From: Bacteroidota bacterium
GTDB lineage: Bacteria > Bacteroidota > Bacteroidia > NS11-12g > UBA955
Reading direction: 5' to 3'
Length of the DNA stretch: 64,000 nt
NCBI GenBank assembly: GCA_005798825.1
Contig: SYIL01000018.1
Location: 134,163 to 198,162 of the forward strand
Below, one piece after another: positions 28,672 through 38,244 of the stretch. Positions within the stretch are counted from its first letter, which is position 1, and each line of letters begins with the position of its first letter. Under the pieces are notes generated by a model that saw only the letters and a list, made by a program, of their open reading frames with translations, ran no database searches and was not told the origin of the DNA. The position numbers and the translations under genes are program-made.

Positions 28672-29564
28672 ATTTACCTTTCGTAAAATACCATGGGACG
28701 GGCAACGATTTCGTTTTAATAGACAATCGATCTGGAATCTGGGAATATTTCATCGAGAATGCACCTGAACCGTCCGGAAAGAATTCTTGTCAAAAACTGG
28801 TTTCTCATATATGTAACCGAAACATTGGTATTGGTGCTGATGGATTGATATTGTTGCAAAACAAGGTTGGCTATGATTTTGAAATGATTTATTTCAATAG
28901 CGATGGAAAGACCAGTTCTATGTGTGGAAATGGAGGTCGATGCATTGCCCATTGGTCTTTTTCTTTGGGGCTAGGCGATGGAAAATTACTCAACTTTTGG
29001 GCTGTTGATGGTGAGCATCAAGCATCTAAAAAAGATTCTGTCTGGGCTAAAAACACATTTTCCATTCCCGACAACCAAACAGAAATCATTCAACTTACAA
29101 TGAACGAGGTTAACGATTACAAATTGATTGATACAGATTGTTTTGAAATACATACGGGTTCACCGCATTATGTCCAATTCTCAAAAAAAGACATACATAC
29201 CATCGATTTAATCTCTTGGGCAAAATCTATTTGCAACAAGGAAGTATACAAAGACAAAGGAATCAATGTGAATATGGTTAATATACTTGGAAACCAAAGT
29301 ATACAGATGCGCACCTATGAGCGGGGTGTTGAAAATGAAACCCTGAGCTGTGGAACAGGTGCAGTAGCAGCGGCTTTATCTTTTTCCATTTTGACTCATT
29401 TACAAAACGGTGAAATTGATGTAATCACACGAGGAGGAAAGCTTCGCGTTCATTTTTTTGGGAAGAAAAACACCCAGCCAGAATCGAATACAGCGACTGG
29501 ATTTCACCAAATTTTTTTAGAAGGTCCAGCCCAAAAAGTATTTGAAGGAAGTATTTCCTACTAG
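28668..29564 (+). CDS. dapF: Diaminopimelate epimerase
   Basis: KYHGTGNDF, GIGADG, SMCGNGGRC, TGSPHYV, TYERGVENETLSCGTG. Confidence 0.97.
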   Translation: MNLPFVKYHGTGNDFVLIDNRSGIWEYFIENAPEPSGKNSCQKLVSHICNRNIGIGADGLILLQNKVGYDFEMIYFNSDGKTSSMCGNGGRCIAHWSFSLGLGDGKLLNFWAVDGEHQASKKDSVWAKNTFSIPDNQTEIIQLTMNEVNDYKLIDTDCFEIHTGSPHYVQFSKKDIHTIDLISWAKSICNKEVYKDKGINVNMVNILGNQSIQMRTYERGVENETLSCGTGAVAAALSFSILTHLQNGEIDVITRGGKLRVHFFGKKNTQPESNTATGFHQIFLEGPAQKVFEGSISY

Positions 29565-29610
29565 TTCCTTACAAATAATTTCCCAAATATGCAGTAGGTT
29601 TATGGATGCT

Positions 29611-29642
29611 AAAAAAAGGCCGTTCTATGAACGGCTCTTTTT
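29611..29642. terminator. Bidirectional intrinsic terminator
   Basis: A7 run, gccgttc-tat-gaacggc stem, then a T run, between the convergent dapF and T9SS-cargo genes. Confidence 0.75.
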
Positions 29643-29698
29643 GGACACAATTTTGTTGGGAAAGATTGGTTGAATTACAAATCCGATAAATTATCTGG

Positions 29699-32317
29699 CT
29701 AGTGAATACATACTTTTACTGTTCCTTGAACGGCGCTGCCTGTTAACCTTGCATAATAATAGCCCTTTGGAAAGGCACCTAAATTTAACTCAAATTCATT
29801 GTCTCCATTTGTAACGGAAACTGTCTTCTGCAGTACAACCTTACCTTGAACATTCAGTAGGGTAAGAATCGCATTTTGAGAAACTTTTGATTGAAACGAC
29901 AGTGTCAGAAAATCTTTTGTAGGGTTGGGGTACGCATTTAGTTTCAAACTAAGATTGTCTTTGGCATTGAAGGTAGAAGTTAACAATGAACGGCTACGAA
30001 AGTATCCCCGACCATGGGTACCAATATACATTGTCATACCTTCCCAGGGCCGCCATTCGTAACCACGAATTTCATAAACAGGGGTTCGGCACATGCCATC
30101 ATTCGCCTCCTCCCAATTTACACCGCCGTCTTCTGTGGTAAATATACCCAACTCCGTAGCCAAAATGATGCGCTTATTATTGTCTACGTCAATGACAGCA
30201 TCATATACTGGAATCAAAGGCAGGGTACCGGTGATATTTTTCCATACTGGCGCTGATGACAACGCATTGTATGTTTCATAGACATAGGACGTATTTCCAT
30301 ATCCACCCAAAGTTGCAACTACATGGTTTGCATTCATTTGATCTACATTAACCGACGAAATTGAACGGCCACTTGCTCCAGAAGGGGTTATGTTTGATAG
30401 TTTAATGGGCTTGGGAACAACCAATACAATCGGATTTGCAGCCAAAGTAAACGTGGCAGCATTAATGCTGTCCAAACGGAAAATTCTTCCACTCTTGCAA
30501 ACAAAGAGATTATTGCCATCCGCAGAGTAGTCCATTTCTTTAATGTCATCATCGCCAAGTCCACTGGCAAGCATATACCAACTTACAGGCTCAGAAAAAT
30601 CAGTAGGGTTATTAGCCATCCAAATTTCGGAATTCTTGGCTAGAAATAAACGGGAAATTTTGGCAGAAGACTCCCACAATGTATAGGTTGTATTAAAATC
30701 TGTTTTTGTTGTACCGGGCTGCCGATCATCCCAAAAAGTAGAAGTAGATTGCCCATTATTTCCACTTCTGGCGACCACTCCGTAATATGTTGAAACAAAT
30801 ACTGTTTTGGGACTAAACCGGGAAAACTCTACATCAAAACCATCGCCCCCATATATTTCTATAGCATTCTTAGATGGCTTTCCCCAAAAAGAATTGCCAC
30901 TGTAGTTAATGAGTTGCGTGCCATTATCTTGTGAACCACCAACAATATGGCCTAGTTCATTGGCTGCAACATTGTATAATTGCAGGGTAACAAGTCCCCG
31001 ATTGATAGGTGTCCACTCAGTTCCACCATCTTTGCTTCTAAATAATCCACCATCAGAGCCAACAATAATTGTTGGTGGAGTTGTGCGGGTATCCCATTCA
31101 ATCACATGTTTATCGGCATGAATATAAGTGGTATTTGATGGGGCATCGTAGGTACTGGCTTTACCGAGAAATCCGTTCACATTATCCCATGTGGCCAGTG
31201 TGACCCCACCCATTATTACACTTTCTTTGTTGGAAGGATTTACACTAATAACATTGTCATAATACCCCTGACGATTACCCCCAAAAATATCGTTAAAGGA
31301 AGTTTTAACAGCCAATGTATTCCATGTAGTACCCCCATCAGTGGTTCTATACAATCCTCCGAAACTTCCATTACCACTAGATCCCAACAAATAAACATAA
31401 TTGGGGTCTGAAGGTGAAATGCCAATTGAGGTTACACCACCTGATACGGGTGCCCCAGTGGGCTTCATTGCACCCGTAATCATTTTTAAGACCGTACCAT
31501 TGTTTGAGCTCGCCCATAAAACACCATTGACATCAATTCGCAAATGTTTGATAGAACCAGTGTACAATTTCTTCTGCACTGTTCCGTTGGCGGTGAATTC
31601 ATAAATACCGTCGGCGGTAGCTGTGTATATTTTATCTTCGGTTGGATGAGCGACCATGCTATTACATACCGTAAAACTCGCAGATTTTGTATTCGTCATT
31701 TGAGAAAATGATACCCCTCTACTATCAGAACTTTTAAAAAGTCCAGAACCCAGAAAGGCAGGACTGCCGCTGCGGGTTCCGGTCAAATTTACGAATCCAC
31801 CCTCTCCCGTACCATAATAAATAATACCTGTAATCGATTGCGCTATACAGGTAACATTGAGATTTTCTTGCTTATCGTTGATAGGGTACCAACTCTGTCC
31901 TTGGGTAGATGATCTGAATAATCCTCCAGCAACACCACCTGCAAACCACAGGTTAATTGAATCGCGGTGCATCAAAAAAGCGCGAACTCGTCCCCCAACA
32001 TTGTCTGGCCCCATGCCTTCCCATTTAACGGGCTTCTGGGCGCGACGTTTTAATTTTAAAGCATCTGCTTGGGCAATAGCGGCATTTACCCATTCAGGTT
32101 CAACCGTTCCAGTAATTTCATTTAAACGCATACTGTAAAAAGAACGAATCGCCCCCTCTATCGATTTATTTTCATCATTATGATCTGTGCGATTGAATTT
32201 ATTGGGCGATATGCTTGGCATTTCCGAAACCCAAAAAAACATCCCGAAAGACAAAATACAAGAAATAAATAGCAGGCGGAGTAATGTTATTTTCATAGTG
32301 GTTTTAGTGAGTTTCAA
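29699..32317 (-). CDS. T9SS-secreted BNR/Sortilin(VPS10)-like beta-propeller protein
   Basis: GPDNVGGRVRA, repeated SxDGGxxW Asp-boxes, HADKH, GTHGRG; type A CTD (AYPNPT..NVQGKVV..GYYYARL). Alternative start 32296. Confidence 0.85.
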   Translation of the reverse strand: MKLTKTTMKITLLRLLFISCILSFGMFFWVSEMPSISPNKFNRTDHNDENKSIEGAIRSFYSMRLNEITGTVEPEWVNAAIAQADALKLKRRAQKPVKWEGMGPDNVGGRVRAFLMHRDSINLWFAGGVAGGLFRSSTQGQSWYPINDKQENLNVTCIAQSITGIIYYGTGEGGFVNLTGTRSGSPAFLGSGLFKSSDSRGVSFSQMTNTKSASFTVCNSMVAHPTEDKIYTATADGIYEFTANGTVQKKLYTGSIKHLRIDVNGVLWASSNNGTVLKMITGAMKPTGAPVSGGVTSIGISPSDPNYVYLLGSSGNGSFGGLYRTTDGGTTWNTLAVKTSFNDIFGGNRQGYYDNVISVNPSNKESVIMGGVTLATWDNVNGFLGKASTYDAPSNTTYIHADKHVIEWDTRTTPPTIIVGSDGGLFRSKDGGTEWTPINRGLVTLQLYNVAANELGHIVGGSQDNGTQLINYSGNSFWGKPSKNAIEIYGGDGFDVEFSRFSPKTVFVSTYYGVVARSGNNGQSTSTFWDDRQPGTTKTDFNTTYTLWESSAKISRLFLAKNSEIWMANNPTDFSEPVSWYMLASGLGDDDIKEMDYSADGNNLFVCKSGRIFRLDSINAATFTLAANPIVLVVPKPIKLSNITPSGASGRSISSVNVDQMNANHVVATLGGYGNTSYVYETYNALSSAPVWKNITGTLPLIPVYDAVIDVDNNKRIILATELGIFTTEDGGVNWEEANDGMCRTPVYEIRGYEWRPWEGMTMYIGTHGRGYFRSRSLLTSTFNAKDNLSLKLNAYPNPTKDFLTLSFQSKVSQNAILTLLNVQGKVVLQKTVSVTNGDNEFELNLGAFPKGYYYARLTGSAVQGTVKVCIH

Positions 32318-32459
32318 TTATGAAACAAATATAAACCCACATGGGCAACTTTTCCAACGAATTACAACAAATTCAACAAAAAAACTACTGATTTTTACAC
32401 TCCAATTACAATGAAAATGGCCTTGAACTATGAATCAACCATGGAGGTTTTGGGGGGAT

Positions 32460-33332
32460 TTAAAGAATATGCTTTTCGGCGTGATAAGAACTGCGGACCA
32501 TTGGGCCACTTTCCACAAAACGAAAACCCATTTTTAAACCCATTTCTTCCCAATGTGTAAATTTGTCTGGGTGGACAAACTCATGAACGGATAGATGCAT
32601 TTTGGTGGGTTGTAGGTATTGGCCCAGTGTAAGGACATCGCAGCCGTTGTCTCTTAAATCATGCAGCATTTTTTTTACCTCATCATCGGTTTCTCCCAAT
32701 CCCAACATGGCTCCAGACTTGGTTCTGCAAGAATATTCATGCGTTCGTTTTATTTGATCTAAGCTGCGTGCATATTTTGCTTGTGGACGAACAATTCGAT
32801 ACAGGCGCTCAACCGTTTCCATATTGTGACTGATAACTTCTGCCCCCGCGTCCAACACCTTGTATAATAAATCCCAATGGGCCTTAAAATCGGGAATTAA
32901 TGCTTCAATTGTGGTTTCAGGATTCAATCGCTTAACCGCCCTTATGGTATCAGCCCAAACAGTAGAGCCCTTGTCTTGTAATTCATCCCGGTTGACTGAA
33001 GTTATCACACAATGCTTTATGCCCATAAGTTTAACCGCTTCAGCTACACGATTGGGCTCATCGATATCATAGTGGCTTGGTCTTCCAGTGGCTACAGCAC
33101 AAAATGAACAACTTCGGGTGCAAATATTGCCAAGAATCATAAAGGTTGCCGTACCTGAGCCCCAACACTCCCCCATATTTGGACACCGACCATCCTCGCA
33201 AATGGTATGCAGAGAATGTTCCCTGACAATTCTTTTAACCCGTGTATAATTTTCACCCGTCGGGAGTTCAATCTTGAGCCAAGAGGGTTTTGGGTTCCTT
33301 TTTTCTTTAAAAACAATTGGCAATTCAATCAC
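32460..33332 (-). CDS. lipA: Lipoyl synthase
   Basis: [12 protein letters not shown] and CTRSCSFC cluster motifs, HNMETV, VRSSYHA. Confidence 0.98.
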   Translation of the reverse strand: MIELPIVFKEKRNPKPSWLKIELPTGENYTRVKRIVREHSLHTICEDGRCPNMGECWGSGTATFMILGNICTRSCSFCAVATGRPSHYDIDEPNRVAEAVKLMGIKHCVITSVNRDELQDKGSTVWADTIRAVKRLNPETTIEALIPDFKAHWDLLYKVLDAGAEVISHNMETVERLYRIVRPQAKYARSLDQIKRTHEYSCRTKSGAMLGLGETDDEVKKMLHDLRDNGCDVLTLGQYLQPTKMHLSVHEFVHPDKFTHWEEMGLKMGFRFVESGPMVRSSYHAEKHIL

Positions 33333-33350
33333 AGTAATTTTTCTTTAGGA

Positions 33351-34097
33351 TTAGGGCTTCAAACTCGACTCGAATCCCATTACAAAGTTAACGAAAACTG
33401 CTGGGAAGAAATTCCGATTCATTTCGTTTCTATACCAAATCGGCAATTTTTTTGCGAATTGATCACAAGAAATACCCACTGAGAGTGTATTGGTAATATT
33501 CTTATAATTACCCCATTCTGCCTGTAGGCTTAAGGTAAAACCCAGTCCAGGAAAAAAATTTCCTTTTCCAATATTTTTGGTAAATGGCGCATTACCACCT
33601 ATTAAGTTTACATCGTGAACCGCTGGATTGTATGCAACAGCGGCATATCTATCGCCAAATGCAGCTGGTTGGTAGAGCCAAACAGCCATCGGCCAAGAGT
33701 AGGCCATGGGAATTTGCAAGGACGTATTTAGCTGTAAAGCAATTTCAGACTGACTTTTACGATCGCCAATGGGAATAATTCTACCAAACTGTAGCCTACT
33801 GCACAATGTATGTGAAACTTTTTCAATGACAAATAAACGGCTTGCAGGTAAACGTTCATTCAAAACCCTCACTTCGCGTGGATCTTTCATCAAGCCAAAC
33901 CACAATGCCGTCCATTTATAGGGCATAATAAATCTGGTGGTTTGGAAATTTTTCTGGTTGACAATTCCAATGTCATACCCAAAATGTCTAATCTGCAATC
34001 CAAAGCCTGTTTTCGACTTGGATTGCGACCATCCAATCGAAGTGGATAAGCCTATCAAAAAACAGACAACCCAAGGAATGAAATGGATTTTTTTCAC
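33351..34097 (-). CDS. Hypothetical exported, probably outer-membrane, protein
   Basis: Signal peptide and amphipathic beta-strand pattern; TATCTTTG promoter element at 34102-34109. Confidence 0.6.
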   Translation of the reverse strand: MKKIHFIPWVVCFLIGLSTSIGWSQSKSKTGFGLQIRHFGYDIGIVNQKNFQTTRFIMPYKWTALWFGLMKDPREVRVLNERLPASRLFVIEKVSHTLCSRLQFGRIIPIGDRKSQSEIALQLNTSLQIPMAYSWPMAVWLYQPAAFGDRYAAVAYNPAVHDVNLIGGNAPFTKNIGKGNFFPGLGFTLSLQAEWGNYKNITNTLSVGISCDQFAKKLPIWYRNEMNRNFFPAVFVNFVMGFESSLKP

Positions 34098-34183
34098 GAA
34101 TCAAAGATAAGGAATCTCATTAATCACAAAAATTGGTTCGCATCTATAATTTTTCTTCCACTTTCTCCCACTACTTAAATAAC

Positions 34184-34214
34184 CTTGATTATTAAAGAAT
34201 CACTATTATATTTG
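34184..34214 (+). promoter_or_regulatory. dcw operon promoter
   Basis: CTTG (34184), 19 nt, then TATATTTG (34207-34214). Confidence 0.6.
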
Positions 34215-34266
34215 AAGCAAAATAAGTGTGCGAATTGCCGTATTAAGGCCCTCAAATCAAAGTAAT

Positions 34267-34327
34267 TGGGAAATTGTGGACAAGTAGTGATTAAAAAGGG
34301 GAAATTGTGGGAAATTATGGGAAATTG
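34267..34327 (+). repeat. MraZ-type direct-repeat operator (10-bp period)
   Basis: TGGG/TGGA at 34267 and 34277; GGGG/TGGG/TGGG at 34298, 34308, 34318 with GAAATT spacers, just upstream of mraZ. Confidence 0.8.
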
Positions 34328-34362
34328 AGCATTTATTTAGCAGACAGAAAAACCAAGACCGA

Positions 34363-34824
34363 ATGACCGCATTCATTGGAGAGTATAATTGCAAACTAGA
34401 TGAGAAAGGACGACTGTCCATTCCTTCAAAGCTTCGGGGCCAATTCCCAGAAGCTGCCTGCAATATCCTCATCGTGAATCGGGGATTCGAAAAGTGTCTG
34501 GTGCTCTACACCAAGGAAGATTGGCTTGAAGAAACTGCCAAACTGAATGCCGTTGACGATTTTATGAGCCCCGATATTCGTCGGTTCAAACGAATTTTCA
34601 CCAATGGAGCAAGCTTGGTTCAGATTGACAATGTGCAACGTATTTTGATTCCCAAAAAACTACTCGAATACGCCGGGCTGAAAAGCGAGGTTGTTTTGGT
34701 GGCCAATGGAAATAAAATCGAAATATGGGACGAAGACATGTACACTTCTGAACTCAATGTTGATTCCACTGAACTATCTCAGTTGGCCCAGTTGTTTCAC
34801 AAAGAACGCAACCAAGGTAAGTAG
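34363..34824 (+). CDS. mraZ: Transcriptional regulator MraZ
   Basis: FIGEYNCKLDEKGRLSIP, RGFEKCL, IDNVQRILIP, IEIWD. Confidence 0.96.
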   Translation: MTAFIGEYNCKLDEKGRLSIPSKLRGQFPEAACNILIVNRGFEKCLVLYTKEDWLEETAKLNAVDDFMSPDIRRFKRIFTNGASLVQIDNVQRILIPKKLLEYAGLKSEVVLVANGNKIEIWDEDMYTSELNVDSTELSQLAQLFHKERNQGK

Positions 34825-34854
34825 TGCGCTGGGCCTTTGGCCATCTGTTTGCGT

Positions 34855-35778
34855 ATGTACGACTACCACGACCCCGTTTTACTCCAACCCAGTGTAGAAG
34901 CATTGGTTACAGATCCTTCAGGAACTTATCTAGACCTGACTTTTGGCGGGGGTGGGCACAGCCAAGCCATATTGAATAAATTGTCTGCGAAAGGATTGCT
35001 TATTGCCTTTGACCAAGATGAAGATACACTCTCAAGGATACCTGACGATGCACGCTTTACGTTGGTAAACCACAATTTTCAATTCACCAAACAATACCTT
35101 CAATACCTTAACATACCAGCTGTTGATGGTATACTGGCAGATCTCGGTATTTCTTCACACCAGATTGACGTAAAAGAACGAGGATTTGCCCACAGGCTCA
35201 ACGGGCCGCTTGATATGCGCATGTCGTCTAGCAACCCAACCAGTGCCGCTGATATTTTACAACAATCTTCTGTACAAGACCTAACGAGTATTTTCAAAAA
35301 CTACGGGGAAATAAGCAATGCCAAGCAACTGGCTGAAATTGTTGTTCAACACCGCAATCAGAAAAATTTCGGGAATATTCCAGAATTTAAACTGGCCATC
35401 GCCACTTGTATTCCTGGCAAAACTCCTGCAAAATACTTAAGCCAAGTTTTTCAAGCATTGCGGATTGCAGTTAACAAAGAAATGGTGGTGTTAGAAACCC
35501 TGTTAAAAGATGCAGAAGAAATTATAAAACCCGGAGGTAAGCTGGTTGTGATTTCATATCACTCTTTAGAAGACCGTATGGTAAAACACCTTTTTCAAAC
35601 TGGAAATTTGGAGGGTACGAAACATACCGACTTGTATGGACGAATTGAAAAACCCTTTGATGCAACTCCCAATTCGGCCATTATACCCCAAGCAGAAGAA
35701 ATCGAAAGAAATAAAAGAGCCCGCAGTGCAAAAATGCGAATAGGTCACAGAAACACATGGAAGAGAACCCATTTTTAG
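34855..35778 (+). CDS. rsmH: 16S rRNA m4C1402 methyltransferase
   Basis: HDPVLL, DLTFGGGGHS, DLGISSHQID, PLDMRM, FQALRIAVN, SYHSLEDR. Confidence 0.97.
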   Translation: MYDYHDPVLLQPSVEALVTDPSGTYLDLTFGGGGHSQAILNKLSAKGLLIAFDQDEDTLSRIPDDARFTLVNHNFQFTKQYLQYLNIPAVDGILADLGISSHQIDVKERGFAHRLNGPLDMRMSSSNPTSAADILQQSSVQDLTSIFKNYGEISNAKQLAEIVVQHRNQKNFGNIPEFKLAIATCIPGKTPAKYLSQVFQALRIAVNKEMVVLETLLKDAEEIIKPGGKLVVISYHSLEDRMVKHLFQTGNLEGTKHTDLYGRIEKPFDATPNSAIIPQAEEIERNKRARSAKMRIGHRNTWKRTHF

Positions 35779-36119
35779 ATCCTGATTTCGATCCACAAAC
35801 AGGGGTTGACAATAAAGGTACACAACCTGAAAATGTCTACGCGCCTATTCCAATTTGGGAATGGATAAAGCTCGCCATCGTTGGATTTCTTCTCATGATT
35901 TTTTATATATACAATTCCCACCATGCAACCAAATCCCTTCGAAACAAAGAAAACTGCATCAAGGAATTGAAAAATCTTCACAGCAAAAGAATAAGTCTGG
36001 AAAGCGAAACATCGAATTCATTGAAGCAATCTGAATTAAGCAAACGCTTCGAAGTCATTGGACTGAAAGCGTTAACCACACCGCCAATAAAAATCGTGAA
36101 ACCCCGTGAACAAGACTAA
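35757..36119 (+). CDS. ftsL: FtsL-like cell division protein
   Basis: Single TM plus coiled coil, between rsmH and ftsI. Confidence 0.8.
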   Translation: MEENPFLDPDFDPQTGVDNKGTQPENVYAPIPIWEWIKLAIVGFLLMIFYIYNSHHATKSLRNKENCIKELKNLHSKRISLESETSNSLKQSELSKRFEVIGLKALTTPPIKIVKPREQD

Positions 36120-38241
36120 TTACAATTCCCGAAAAATAATTTTGATGCGGGCCTATGTGGTATTTGCGCTAATGGGTGTTTTTGCCGGTACCATTTTCTA
36201 CAACGCCATCAAACTCAATTTTGGGAAGGGCAAAGAATTGAGCACTCAATTAAGTGCTAAAAATACGCGCATGATAAACATTGATGCGTTGCGTGGAAAT
36301 ATATATGCAGGAGATGGTAACCTACTTGCAACGTCGGTTCCAAAATACACTATGGTTATGGACATTCTGGCAGACGGGCTAACTCCACAACTATTTAAGG
36401 AGAAAATTGACAGTTTCAGCTTGGTGGTTTCACGCATGTTCCCTGAGAAAACAGCAATCGAATGGAAAAATCATTTTATCAAAAATCGTGCACTCAAAAA
36501 TCGCTATTTAATTATCGCTAAAGATCTAAACTATGGTCAAGTAGAAGAAATGAAAAAATGGCCACTTGTTCGGCTTAAAAAATACGGTGGGGGGGTCTGG
36601 TTTGAAGAAGAATACAAACGCATATATTTTATGAGCGACTTGGCAAAACGAAGTATTGGCTACGTGAAAGACAAAACAAGCGTTGGGCTTGAAGGCGCTT
36701 TCGATTCCTTACTCCGCGGTAAAAATGGAACACAACTGCAACAACAAATGACTGGAAGAGGATGGCGATCGATTAAACTCAATACCAATCTAACAGCCAT
36801 AAATGGAAAAGATATTGTAACCACCTTGGACATCGATATACAAGATATTGCCCAATACAGTTTACAGAAGGGTTTAGAAGCAGAAAAAGCCGACCATGGC
36901 TGCGTCATCGTTATGGAAACAGCTACTGGTGCCATCAAGGCAATTGCAAATCTAAAACGGGGGAGCGACAGCAATTATTATGAAACAGAAAACTATGCAG
37001 TAAACGAATTTACCACCCCGGGATCCACCTTCAAATTGTTTTCTGCGATGGCATTATTAGAAGATGGATTTATAAATAATTTGGACAGTATCGACAACAG
37101 CTGGGGATCTTGGAATTGGAATAATACACTGCCCCTCAAGGATAGCCGAAAACCCGACAAACGATTTTATACCTTGGGCGAATGTCTGCAATATTCATCC
37201 AATGTTGGAATCAGCAAATTTGTAATGAAATACTACAGAAAGCAGCCCGACAATTTTGTCAACCATGCGATTCGCCTGGGTCTTCACGTTAAACCCCAGT
37301 TCGATATTGCTTATGGCAACAAGCCAAATATTCCTACACCTTCAGATACCATTTGGTCACCGACTTCATTGCCTTCAATGAGTTATGGGTATTCATTGCT
37401 AGTATCCCCACTTCAAATACTTATGCTGTACAATACAGTTGCCAACAAAGGTGTGATGATGCAGCCATATATGGTTCAAGAAATTCGCCAAGAAGGGCAA
37501 ATGGTTTCCAAAATTGAACCCAAAGTAATGAATAAGAAAGCCATTAAACCGAAAACAACACAATTGCTCACCCAAATGTTAGTCCAAGTTGTAGAGAGAG
37601 GAACGGCGAAAACTATTAAGACAGAAGCTTATAGAATTGCCGGGAAAACAGGCACTGCTTGGATATACAACAACAAACTGGGATATAACGATACGAAACG
37701 ATTTCAGGCCTCATTTGCGGGTTTCTTCCCTGCCGATAATCCGCAATATACCATCATTGTTGTGGTAAGCAATCCCAGAAGAAATGAACATACAGGTGGA
37801 ACAATTGCAGCGCCCATATTCAAAAATATCAGTGACAGAATTTACAGTTCTCACATCCAAAATCAAGCTGTCTCCCAAACCCATAATACACCCCAAATAC
37901 CCGGCATATTGCCCGGTCAATATGAGAAAACAAAATCGGTTCTCCAAACACTGGGCATCGCCTCGAGCCTTGATCTAAGTCAAGAAAAGTTTTCACCCGG
38001 AAAAAAATATGTAGAATCCAAAAAGGACAGTTTATCCATCATACTTCGTCCCGTAACAATCACCAAAAATGGTATTCCTGATTTGCGTGGAATGGGATTG
38101 AGGGATGCCATTGCTATCCTAAGTAACATGGGTATCCGGGCTGAATATACAGGATACGGGCGCGTAATTAAACAATCTCCAGAGGCAAAAACACCCTTGG
38201 GCTTATACAAAGAAGTCTTTCTCTCACTCAGCCCATTTTAA
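36106..38241 (+). CDS. ftsI: Division transpeptidase (PBP3) with PASTA domain
   Basis: RGNIY, TPGSTFK (SxxK), SSN, KTG triad, C-terminal PDLRGMGLRDA. Confidence 0.93.
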   Translation: MNKTNYNSRKIILMRAYVVFALMGVFAGTIFYNAIKLNFGKGKELSTQLSAKNTRMINIDALRGNIYAGDGNLLATSVPKYTMVMDILADGLTPQLFKEKIDSFSLVVSRMFPEKTAIEWKNHFIKNRALKNRYLIIAKDLNYGQVEEMKKWPLVRLKKYGGGVWFEEEYKRIYFMSDLAKRSIGYVKDKTSVGLEGAFDSLLRGKNGTQLQQQMTGRGWRSIKLNTNLTAINGKDIVTTLDIDIQDIAQYSLQKGLEAEKADHGCVIVMETATGAIKAIANLKRGSDSNYYETENYAVNEFTTPGSTFKLFSAMALLEDGFINNLDSIDNSWGSWNWNNTLPLKDSRKPDKRFYTLGECLQYSSNVGISKFVMKYYRKQPDNFVNHAIRLGLHVKPQFDIAYGNKPNIPTPSDTIWSPTSLPSMSYGYSLLVSPLQILMLYNTVANKGVMMQPYMVQEIRQEGQMVSKIEPKVMNKKAIKPKTTQLLTQMLVQVVERGTAKTIKTEAYRIAGKTGTAWIYNNKLGYNDTKRFQASFAGFFPADNPQYTIIVVVSNPRRNEHTGGTIAAPIFKNISDRIYSSHIQNQAVSQTHNTPQIPGILPGQYEKTKSVLQTLGIASSLDLSQEKFSPGKKYVESKKDSLSIILRPVTITKNGIPDLRGMGLRDAIAILSNMGIRAEYTGYGRVIKQSPEAKTPLGLYKEVFLSLSPF

Positions 38242-38244
38242 ACC

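Noticed and set aside
34267-34327. Short periodic repeats as a mini-CRISPR or satellite
   Set aside because: The 10-bp period with TGGG cores directly before mraZ fits the known MraZ operator; there are no spacers or cas genes.
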